Source: Solirubrobacterales bacterium (GTDB lineage Bacteria; Actinomycetota; Thermoleophilia; Solirubrobacterales; 70-9). Taken from it: a DNA stretch of 64,000 nucleotides. Under the pieces are notes generated by a model. The model made no database searches. It saw only the letters and a list, made by a program, of their open reading frames with translations, and had not been told where the DNA came from. Position numbers and translations under genes: made by a program. Within the stretch, counting starts at the first letter, position 1. Each line of letters starts with the position of its first letter. The stretch spans positions 56,984-120,983 of the forward strand of contig DATJWW010000034.1 in the NCBI GenBank assembly GCA_035500835.1, read 5' to 3'. Shown here in pieces: positions 44,738 through 52,775 of this stretch.

Positions 44738-44755
44738 GTACCGAGCGATCGGTAC
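44738..44755. promoter_or_regulatory. Operator-like palindrome GTACCGA-GCGA-TCGGTAC (class I, perfect half-sites)
   Basis: Sits in the 42-nt gap between the LLM stop and the E1 start. Identical to the site at 54353. Confidence 0.5.
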
Positions 44756-44761
44756 AATAGC

Positions 44762-45772
44762 TTAGTCGGCAAGCGTCGCCGCCAGACGCAATGACTCGAC
44801 GACCTCCTCCTCGCTGGCCCGGAACGGGATCAGGTTCAGGATCGGCGTGGCCCCGCCGTACTCGAAGCGGGAAAGCTGCGCACGGCATTCATCGGGCGTC
44901 CCGGCGAGGCAGAAATGCTCGACCATCTCATCGCTGACCAGCTTCTCGGCGGCGTCCATCTCGCGTTCGCGTACCAGCTCGGCGATCTTCTCCACGATCT
45001 CGCCGTATCCCTCGCTCTCGTAGACCCGCTGGTAGTGCGCGTATTGGGCGACGTAGACGAGGCTGCGCCTGGCCTGACGCCGGGCGACCTCGGGGTCGGG
45101 GTCGACACAGCAGGTGAGCGAGAACCAGATGTCGATCTCCTCCGGGTCGCGGCCGCTGCGCGCGGCCCCGGCCGCCAGGCGCTCGCGCGTCGCGGCCATG
45201 TACTGATCAGAGTGAAGAGATCCGATCACGATGCCGTCGCCGAGCTCACCCGCCAGTTCCTGCATCTTCGGCCCGACCGCGGCGAGATTGATCTTCAGGT
45301 CGACCGGCTCGGCGGTGAACGGGAGTTTGTATTTGCGGGTCCGCAGCAGCTCGCCGTCGTAGCTGAACGGTCCCTCCTCCGGCGAGCGCAGGACGCCACG
45401 GACGATCTCGATGAACTCGCGGGCGCGGCGCAGCGGCCGCGACGGATCGACACCGAACCAGCGTTCGACGACGAAGCCGGCGCCGAGGCCGAGGCCGAGC
45501 GCGAATCGCCCCCCGCACACCTCCTGCAGCTGCGCCGCCTGCTGGGCGACCACGACCGGGTTGACCGGGAAGATCTGCGAGACGGCGGTGCCCACCCCGA
45601 TCCGCCGGGTGCCAAGGCCGATCGCGGTGATGGGGACGACGGGCTCGCGCCAGGCCTCACCGAGCCAGATCCGCTCGAAGCCGTGGGCCTCGAACTCACG
45701 TGCCAGCTCGACCATCTCGACGATCGGGGTCTCCGAGAGGATCAGCGAGGCGGTCAGCGGTCGGCCGCTCAT
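44762..45772 (-). CDS. LLM-class oxidoreductase (paralog A)
   Basis: Start at MSGRPLTASLILSETPIVEMVELAREFEAHGFERIWLGEAW. ATGA overlap with the upstream ligase. Paralog of 58050-59060. Confidence 0.85.
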   Translation of the reverse strand: MSGRPLTASLILSETPIVEMVELAREFEAHGFERIWLGEAWREPVVPITAIGLGTRRIGVGTAVSQIFPVNPVVVAQQAAQLQEVCGGRFALGLGLGAGFVVERWFGVDPSRPLRRAREFIEIVRGVLRSPEEGPFSYDGELLRTRKYKLPFTAEPVDLKINLAAVGPKMQELAGELGDGIVIGSLHSDQYMAATRERLAAGAARSGRDPEEIDIWFSLTCCVDPDPEVARRQARRSLVYVAQYAHYQRVYESEGYGEIVEKIAELVREREMDAAEKLVSDEMVEHFCLAGTPDECRAQLSRFEYGGATPILNLIPFRASEEEVVESLRLAATLAD

Positions 45773-47250
45773 CGTGCCCTCCCGGACGCTGTCTCGGCAC
45801 TGTGGTCCCAGGCGCTCTCGGGACTGGCCGCGGCGCGGATCGAGACCCGGTCCGGCTTGCCGTTTGCGAGCTTCGGCAGTTCGCCTTCGATCACCTCTAT
45901 ATAGCGGGGCGCCTTCCAGGCGGCCAACTGCTCGCGGCAATAGGCATCGAGTTCGGCCGCGCCGAGCGTCGACCCCGGCTGTCGCGAGACGGTCGCGTGG
46001 ACCTCTTCGGTGTAGATCGGGTCACTGACCCCGACCACGACGCATTCGGCAACCTCGGGGTGCTCGATCATCGTGCCCTCGACCTCCTCCCCGGAGATGT
46101 TCTCCCCGGCTCGCTTGATCACATTCTTGATCCGGCCGTGGAAGTAGACGCCCCCTTCGCCGTCGCCGGCGCAGAGGTCGCCGGTCTTCACCCAGCCGTC
46201 CTCGAGCGACGCCGCTGTCGCCTCGGGGTTCCGGTAGTACTCGAGCATTCCGTGCGGGTGCCGATACCAGAGTTCGCCGAGCTCCATCGGCGCCGCCTCG
46301 GTGCCGTCGGGATTGACGATCCTCACCTCGGATTCGGCCGGCATCGGGGTGCCGACGAACTTGTCCGGATGAAGGTCGGCGCCCGGCTTGCTGATCGTTC
46401 CCAGGCCTGAGATCTCGGTCATCGCCCAGATCGTCACCACATCGACCCCGAAGCGCCGACAGAAGTCCTCGGGCCGAAAGTGGGAAGCCAGCACACGCAA
46501 GGTATGGTCGCGGTCGCGGTGGTCCGGTGGCGAGCTCATCAGGATCGCCATCTGGGCCGGCATGACGATCCCGACCGTGGCACCGTTGGCCCGCACCTGG
46601 TCCCAAAATTCGCTGCGACTGAACTTCGGCACCAGGGTGAGGCGCGCACCGGCGGCGATCGCCGGTCCGACCAGTTGGTGGAAGCCGGCGGTGTGGAAGA
46701 GCGGGATCGTGCAGAGATAGTTCTCCCCCGCACCCACTCCGAGCCGAGCGGCGATGGCCCGACCGGCGGTCGGGAACCCGGCGTGTGGCTGCACCACCCC
46801 CTTCGGCTTGCCCGTGCTGCCGGACGTGTACATGATCGCCATCGGATCGAGCGGGCCGAGCTCGGGCCGCGGTGGAGGCTCCGAGGAGCAGGGCGGCACC
46901 TGAGCGGGATCGTCGACGACCAGTGACGCTTCGCTGTGCTCGACGACGTAGGAGATCTCCGCCGGCGTCAGCGTGTCGATCATCGGCACCATCACCGCTC
47001 CCAGCTTCAGCAGCCCCAGCTCGAACCGCAGCAGGTCACGTCCGCTCGGCAGAACCAACCCGACATGGTCGCCGGGTTCGACGCCGGCGGCGAGGAAGCC
47101 GTTGGCGGCTTCGTTGACGACGGCGTCGAACGAGGCGAAGGTCTCGGTCACACCTTCGAAGAGGAGAAATGGCGCATCCGGGGTGGTGGCCACACGCTCG
47201 TCCCAGAAATCACCGACCGTCTGCGCCATGTGAATGTCGGCGTCGGTCAC
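45769..47250 (-). CDS. AMP-dependent acyl-CoA synthetase/ligase (paralog A)
   Basis: 493 aa with YTSGSTGKPKGV, the TGD region and C-terminal LANGKPDR. GTG 47250 overlaps the hyuB stop; an alternative is ATG 47229. Confidence 0.88.
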   Translation of the reverse strand: MTDADIHMAQTVGDFWDERVATTPDAPFLLFEGVTETFASFDAVVNEAANGFLAAGVEPGDHVGLVLPSGRDLLRFELGLLKLGAVMVPMIDTLTPAEISYVVEHSEASLVVDDPAQVPPCSSEPPPRPELGPLDPMAIMYTSGSTGKPKGVVQPHAGFPTAGRAIAARLGVGAGENYLCTIPLFHTAGFHQLVGPAIAAGARLTLVPKFSRSEFWDQVRANGATVGIVMPAQMAILMSSPPDHRDRDHTLRVLASHFRPEDFCRRFGVDVVTIWAMTEISGLGTISKPGADLHPDKFVGTPMPAESEVRIVNPDGTEAAPMELGELWYRHPHGMLEYYRNPEATAASLEDGWVKTGDLCAGDGEGGVYFHGRIKNVIKRAGENISGEEVEGTMIEHPEVAECVVVGVSDPIYTEEVHATVSRQPGSTLGAAELDAYCREQLAAWKAPRYIEVIEGELPKLANGKPDRVSIRAAASPESAWDHSAETASGRAR

Positions 47251-49553
47251 CGGCCCACCTGTGTCACGTCGACCCGAACGTCCCAGACCGGGGGATCCTC
47301 ACGCAGTGTCAACTCGTTGTCGAAGAGGACGCCACAGTTCGGGCAGCAGTAGCTCCGATAGACCAGGTCGACATCGAGCTCCTCACTCGGATCGACGAAC
47401 AGGGTCGCGTCGATCTCGGTCAGTTGGCCGTCGTAGCGGGCCGCGTGATCCTTGTAGTTGTCCTGCGCCGGCCCCAGGGCCGTCGAGCAACGCCTGCAGC
47501 ACGTGACGAGATCCTCGCCCATGCGCTCGACTCGAAGCTGGTCGGCGATCTCGATGATCGGCGTCCGCGCATCGTCCTTTCCCGGAAAGGGCGGCGGCAG
47601 GGTCGAACGTCGAATCCGCTGCGAGCGCAGCTCTGCCCGGAGGGCGTCGGTGGCTCCTGGCTCGGGGGCACCGTCGGCGTCGAGCACGACCCCGTAGATC
47701 TCGCTTGCCGTCCGGGCGCTGATCTCCCCCGCCGCCAGATCGACGGCAACACTGTGCGGATCGCGCTCGAGCGGGTCGCCGTATCCGCCACCGCCGCAAA
47801 GGATCTGCTCGCTGACATCGGTGGCGAGCAGGCGCAGGCCACCGGTCTTTGCCGGCAGAGCCCGGGCCCTTCCGCCGAGATCCCTGATGTCTTCGGGTGA
47901 ACACGGGATCTCACCATCGGCGAAACGGTCCAGGACATCAGAATCCTCGACCGAGTAGAAGAGGCCAAGGACACCGGGATGACCGCCACTGACTCCCGAA
48001 CAGGTAGGGGTGCTCGAGGTCACGGAGAGCGCGGAGTAATGCTGGTCGTCCGTCCCGTGGCCGGCCAGTGCGAAGGCGATGCCGTTGCCTCCTCGATACT
48101 TCCCATGCCCACAGTTGCGAGCCGAGCGACGGTACAGATAGAGAACCGGCGCGTACTGCTCCGTCGTCTCGCAGTCGGGTATCTCGGACTTGGGCCAGAA
48201 CGTGGTCCCACCTTGATCGATCCCGTCACGGGTGGCGAAGGCGCCCAGGCCACCCGCTGTGTGGTCGAGCGTGACGGAGGCGAACGGCCCGCCCCACTGG
48301 TCGGTGCCGTGGTGGGCGATCAGGCTGAGCGCCGACAGGACGGAGGTAGCCATCAGATGCTGCCGCTGACCGGGATCTGGGTACAGCATCTTGCCGATCA
48401 CCTTCTCCGCCTGGAAGATCGAGAGGATCTGCGCATGCAGCGTCGAGAAGGCGCCATTGCGATCCACCGTGGTGATCGTCCCGATCTCGGCGTCGAAGTG
48501 GGACCGCCGCATCACCCCCGCGGCGCACAGCTTGTGATCGTGGGCCAGGGTATGGGTCAGCGAGCAACCGATCGCCGAGCGCCACTGGCCGAAGCCACAA
48601 TTGAATGCCGCGATCTGGGGGTCGGTTCCGTGATTGTCGAAGAAAAGCTCGTCGCCGCGCTTCTCGAGACTGAGAACGGTCTTGTGGACCCCTCGATCTC
48701 CGGGGAACGCACCTCCGCAGTAGACGACATCGCTCCAGCGTCCGTCCGGGACGCTGAGCAGCCTCTCCGACACGGCCCGCTCGGTGTCGTCGATCAGCTT
48801 GTGCATCGTCGACTTGACGATCGCGGGCGAGTAAGCCTGGAGCAACTCCTCGATCCTCATCCGGGCACGACCTACCCCGGCCAGCTGTGAACGCAGCTCG
48901 AGCGCCAGCAGATGGGGTATCCGCGAGAAACGGAGAAAGGTGTCCTCGACGTCGGCGCGGATCCCATCCCGATCAGCGATCTTGACGGCACGCAACATCG
49001 GCGGATCCCAGAAGATGTCCTCGGCCTGGAAGCAGAAGCTTCCCGCCTCGATGCCGCCGACATCGCGTGCGTGACAGGCGTTGTAGACCCAGCAGAAGAG
49101 CTCGTCGCCGACGAAGACCGGGGCGTAGATGCCGACGTCCATCTGATGCGAGCCCGCGATCAAGCAATCGTTGATGATGAAAACGTCCCCTGGGTTGATC
49201 CCCGGACTCTTGGTCCGGTTCTCCAGCGTGTACTTGACCGTGAACTCCGCCGCCCCGCCGAAGTACTGGACGTACGGTGCGAACAGGAACGGCTCCCCGG
49301 TCTCCGTGGTGATCGACGTGTTGAAGTCGTAGTTCTCGACGACCACGGGCGAGCCGGAGACCCGGTGGATCGTGTCCGCATGCTCCTCGTTGATGTTCCA
49401 GAGCTTGGTGCTCAGCACCTCGAAGGTGATCGGGTCAAGTTCCTCTTGCGCCAACTCGGTATGGAGCTTCAGCCCCTCGGGTGGTGTGAAATCAGCCGCC
49501 GGCTTATAGGGGTAGTCCTTGCCGTCCCAGGTCGATTCGATAGTGGAGGTCAT
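47247..49553 (-). CDS. Hydantoinase B/oxoprolinase-family protein fused to an acetone-carboxylase-gamma-like zinc domain
   Basis: Start at MTSTIESTWDG (ATG 49551-49553), 768 aa. The HyuB-like core is followed by about 110 aa containing CCRRCSTAL...YCCPNCGVLFDNE. Confidence 0.82.
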   Translation of the reverse strand: MTSTIESTWDGKDYPYKPAADFTPPEGLKLHTELAQEELDPITFEVLSTKLWNINEEHADTIHRVSGSPVVVENYDFNTSITTETGEPFLFAPYVQYFGGAAEFTVKYTLENRTKSPGINPGDVFIINDCLIAGSHQMDVGIYAPVFVGDELFCWVYNACHARDVGGIEAGSFCFQAEDIFWDPPMLRAVKIADRDGIRADVEDTFLRFSRIPHLLALELRSQLAGVGRARMRIEELLQAYSPAIVKSTMHKLIDDTERAVSERLLSVPDGRWSDVVYCGGAFPGDRGVHKTVLSLEKRGDELFFDNHGTDPQIAAFNCGFGQWRSAIGCSLTHTLAHDHKLCAAGVMRRSHFDAEIGTITTVDRNGAFSTLHAQILSIFQAEKVIGKMLYPDPGQRQHLMATSVLSALSLIAHHGTDQWGGPFASVTLDHTAGGLGAFATRDGIDQGGTTFWPKSEIPDCETTEQYAPVLYLYRRSARNCGHGKYRGGNGIAFALAGHGTDDQHYSALSVTSSTPTCSGVSGGHPGVLGLFYSVEDSDVLDRFADGEIPCSPEDIRDLGGRARALPAKTGGLRLLATDVSEQILCGGGGYGDPLERDPHSVAVDLAAGEISARTASEIYGVVLDADGAPEPGATDALRAELRSQRIRRSTLPPPFPGKDDARTPIIEIADQLRVERMGEDLVTCCRRCSTALGPAQDNYKDHAARYDGQLTEIDATLFVDPSEELDVDLVYRSYCCPNCGVLFDNELTLREDPPVWDVRVDVTQVGR

Positions 49554-49564
49554 CGCTTCTCCTG

Positions 49565-51640
49565 TCAGTCGAAGGTCAGGACGAGGTTTTGGTGGGCGTC
49601 GGACCGCAGCCGATCGCCGGGTCTGACGACGACGGTCGTGTCGGGCAGCTCGATCACCGCCGGACCGTCGATCGCACCGGTGACTTCTTCGTAGATCGGC
49701 GTCTCCACGTATTCGCCCAGCTCGCGCCAATAGACGCTCCGCGTCTCGCGCTGCCGACGGCCATCCCCGGAGAGCGTCGCCGCCAGCTCAGGCCGCGGCA
49801 GGCTCCCGCTCGCGTACATGCGCAGGCGAATGAGCTCGATCCCCGCCGGGGCATATCCGGAGTCCTTGCCGAAGCGCCGTTCGTAGGTCCCTTCGAAGCG
49901 AGCGACCAGGTCGTCACCGGAGTCACCGGCATCGAAGGGAACCTCGACATCGAAGACCTGGGCGCCGTACTTCATCGACACCAGGCGCGCGAGGGAAACA
50001 TCACGGCGATCGAAACCCTCGGCTCCGAGCTGGTCGAACGCCTGCTCTTCCAGCCGGGCGAAACCTGCGTTGATCTCCTCGAGGTCGAACGGCGCCGGCA
50101 ATCGGGCCGCCCTGTCGTAGACGTGCATGACGTCGCCGCTGATCGTGCCCAGCGCCGAGAGCACCGAGGCGATGTTGCCCACGGGCACGACGACCGCGGA
50201 GACGCCGAGCGATCGCGAGAACGAAGATGCGTGTGCACCGGCGGCGCCGCCGAAGGAGAAGACCGCGAACTCACGCGGGTCATGACCGCGGTACACGGTC
50301 ATGCGCCGGATCTTCTCGGCCATCAGATTGTCGACGATCTCGATGATCCCGGCCGCCGTCTTCTCCATGTCGAGCCCGATCCGCTCGCCGAGGGCGGAGA
50401 CCGCGGCGCAGGACGCGTCGCGGTCGAGCGTGCGGCGGCCGTGCAGGAAGCGCTCCGGGTTGATCACGCCGAGAACGACGTTGGCGTCGGTGACGGTCGG
50501 CTCGGTGCCACCGTTTCGGTAGCAGACCGGGCCTGGATCGGCACCGGCGCTCTGGGGACCGACCTTCATCGTCCCGCTCGCCGGATCGATCCAGGCGATC
50601 GATCCACCGCCCGCACCGATCGACTCGACGTCGAGCATCGGCAGGTACATCTCGTAGCGGTCGAGGTTGGTGCTCTCGCGGGTGAGAGGCGCGTTGCCGT
50701 CGATCACCGCCACGTCGAAGGTGGTGCCGCCCATGTCGGCGGTGATGATGTTCTGGAACCCGAACTGCTCGCCCAGGTAGTTGGACGCGACGATCCCCGA
50801 GACGGGCCCGGAGTCGAGGGTGAACAAGGGTCTGCGCTTGACCTCGGAGACCGGGACCGTGCCACCGATGCACTGGGCGAAAAGAACCGGCCGCTCGTAG
50901 CCCTGCTCGCGCGCGCCGTCGGCGATCTGGCCGACGTAGTCGTTCATCAGCGGTCCGACGTAGGAGTTCATGACCGTCGCCACGGTCCGGTAGTACTCAC
51001 CGACCCGAGGGGCGATGTCGTGCGAGCAGGAGACGAAAAGGTCGGGGGCGATCTCTTCGATCAGGTCGCGGACACGGCACTCATGCTCGGGATGGAGGAA
51101 GCTCCAGAGGAACGCGACGGCGATGGTCTCGGCGCCCGCCTCGACCAGCTCTTCGATCGCCGTCCGCGCCTGTTCCTCGACCAACCCGACGACCACCTCA
51201 CCCTTGCAGTCGACCCGCTCGGAGACCTCGCGGATCAGCTCTGGGGCGACGATCGGGTCGGGCTTCGTCATCCCCGGCAGATACAGAAGATCATCGACGT
51301 CGAGCCCTTTGGAACGGCCACCGCCCCTCATCACCAACATCGCGTCGCCGTGCCCACGGGTGGTGATCAAGCCGACCTTGGCGCCTTTACGCTGAACCAG
51401 GGCGTTGGTCGCGGCGGTGGTGGCATGGACCAACGTGGTCGCCTGCGAGAGCAGATCGGGGAGACTGAGCCCGAGCGTGCCGGCCGCATCCTCGACCGCA
51501 CCGAAGAAGCCTTCCGAGAAGTTCGGCGGGGTCGAAGGCGACTTCCCGGTGACGATCTGGCCGTCGGATGTCAGGACGGTGCAATCCGTGAACGTGCCCC
51601 CGATGTCCGTACCGATGCTGTAGGTCCGTCGTTTCATCAC
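49565..51640 (-). CDS. Hydantoinase A/oxoprolinase-family protein (carboxylase beta-like)
   Basis: 691 aa. The N-terminus YSIGTDIGGTFTDC is typical of HyuA/AcxA. Confidence 0.9.
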   Translation of the reverse strand: MMKRRTYSIGTDIGGTFTDCTVLTSDGQIVTGKSPSTPPNFSEGFFGAVEDAAGTLGLSLPDLLSQATTLVHATTAATNALVQRKGAKVGLITTRGHGDAMLVMRGGGRSKGLDVDDLLYLPGMTKPDPIVAPELIREVSERVDCKGEVVVGLVEEQARTAIEELVEAGAETIAVAFLWSFLHPEHECRVRDLIEEIAPDLFVSCSHDIAPRVGEYYRTVATVMNSYVGPLMNDYVGQIADGAREQGYERPVLFAQCIGGTVPVSEVKRRPLFTLDSGPVSGIVASNYLGEQFGFQNIITADMGGTTFDVAVIDGNAPLTRESTNLDRYEMYLPMLDVESIGAGGGSIAWIDPASGTMKVGPQSAGADPGPVCYRNGGTEPTVTDANVVLGVINPERFLHGRRTLDRDASCAAVSALGERIGLDMEKTAAGIIEIVDNLMAEKIRRMTVYRGHDPREFAVFSFGGAAGAHASSFSRSLGVSAVVVPVGNIASVLSALGTISGDVMHVYDRAARLPAPFDLEEINAGFARLEEQAFDQLGAEGFDRRDVSLARLVSMKYGAQVFDVEVPFDAGDSGDDLVARFEGTYERRFGKDSGYAPAGIELIRLRMYASGSLPRPELAATLSGDGRRQRETRSVYWRELGEYVETPIYEEVTGAIDGPAVIELPDTTVVVRPGDRLRSDAHQNLVLTFD

Positions 51641-51763
51641 TCTCCCTTGGCTCGACCGGCCTCAGCGAGGCGCAGCCCGGGGTTCGCGGGCAGGCGAAGC
51701 CTTCGCGGTTCCCGGATCGCCGCTCTCACTCTCTCCTCGGGTGCAGATGGTCAAAGCTCTTCC

Positions 51764-51781
51764 GTACCGTTCGTTCGGTAC
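51764..51781. promoter_or_regulatory. Operator-like palindrome GTACCGT-TCGT-TCGGTAC (class I)
   Basis: Lies 124 nt upstream of the hyuA start. Confidence 0.45.
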
Positions 51782-51976
51782 GGACCCTAAGGTAACCCGC
51801 GATCGCTGTCAAGCAGCGCGTTGCGGGGGTCCAGCCCTCGCCGGCGCACCGATGCGGCACCAAAAAGCGCCTTCCCATGCGAAGCAGACGGGCTGCCACC
51901 ACCCGCCGCGACCGATCCGCGCAGTCGCCGAGGTGCGCGGCAGCGGTCGCCGCAGCGACCGCTCGTGACTGCTTAT

Positions 51977-51994
51977 ATACCGATCCGTCGGTAC
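51977..51994. promoter_or_regulatory. Operator-like palindrome ATACCGA-TCCG-TCGGTAC (class II)
   Basis: Lies in the 452-nt hyuA/TetR divergent gap, in the same relative arrangement as the site at 41680. Confidence 0.45.
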
Positions 51995-52059
51995 ATTATG
52001 TGCGGATCACCGATGTATCCGCCATCTCGTACGCCAAGATAATCGCCCATCTCACCCAT

Positions 52060-52077
52060 GTACCGACCCATCCGTAC
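52060..52077. promoter_or_regulatory. Operator-like palindrome GTACCGA-CCCA-TCCGTAC (class II)
   Basis: Lies 16 nt upstream of the TetR GTG at 52093, in the same arrangement as the site at 41748. Confidence 0.45.
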
Positions 52078-52092
52078 ATTCAGGCAAAGATC

Positions 52093-52737
52093 GTGTCCCG
52101 CTCCGTAGCCGGCGAAATCCCCGATGCAAAACGGAGCCGCGTCGCCGGCCCGGTGCAAAGAAAACGCATCCTTCGCGCCGCCGCCGTCCTCTTCGCAAAA
52201 CAGGGCTACCACGGCACGGGCATAGAGGAGCTCTCTCAAAAGGTCGAACTCGGCCGGGGCGCCCTCTACCACCACATCGGAAATAAGGAACGAGTCCTCG
52301 CGGAGATCTGCCGGACAAACGTGAGCGAGATGATCGTCGCCGGCAATGAGATCAAGGACGGCCCCGGGGGCGCCGAGGAGCGGTTTCGCACGCTCGTAGG
52401 CAAGCTGATGCGGAACATCGCCGACAACGTCCCCGAGTGGACCGTCTTCTTCCGTGACTACATCGCCCTCAGCGGAACCTGGCTTCGAGAGGTGCTGCGG
52501 CTGCGGGGCGACTTCGAGCAGATCGTCCGCGACATCCTCGAAGAAGGGATGAAGAGCGGAGAGCTGCGCGAGCTCGACCCGATCATCGTCAAAGGCGCTC
52601 TCGGCCTGTTCAACTACTCATACCTCTGGGTGCGCTCCTCCGGGCGCCTCGCCCCCGAGGAGGTCGCCGAGGTCTTCTGCGATGCGCTCTTCGTCGGCCT
52701 TCGCTCGCAGGTCGGCGGACCAGAGCAGCATCCGTAG
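52093..52737 (+). CDS. TetR family transcriptional regulator (paralog 2)
   Basis: GTG 52093 was chosen by alignment to paralog 1 (VSRSVAGEIPDAKRSRVAGPVQRKRILRAAAVLFAKQGYHGTGIEELSQKV). The ORF-track frame starts earlier, at 51877. Confidence 0.8.
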   Translation: MSRSVAGEIPDAKRSRVAGPVQRKRILRAAAVLFAKQGYHGTGIEELSQKVELGRGALYHHIGNKERVLAEICRTNVSEMIVAGNEIKDGPGGAEERFRTLVGKLMRNIADNVPEWTVFFRDYIALSGTWLREVLRLRGDFEQIVRDILEEGMKSGELRELDPIIVKGALGLFNYSYLWVRSSGRLAPEEVAEVFCDALFVGLRSQVGGPEQHP

Positions 52738-52775
52738 CTGATCCCCCGAGCCGGCTCGGGCTTTGATGGAGCCGC

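Noticed and set aside
51641-52092. Coding potential in the 452-nt hyuA/TetR gap (ORF 51741-51968, 75 aa).
   Set aside because: The translation is Arg/Pro/Ala-rich and has no RBS. The gap is better explained as a divergent regulatory region carrying three operator-like palindromes.
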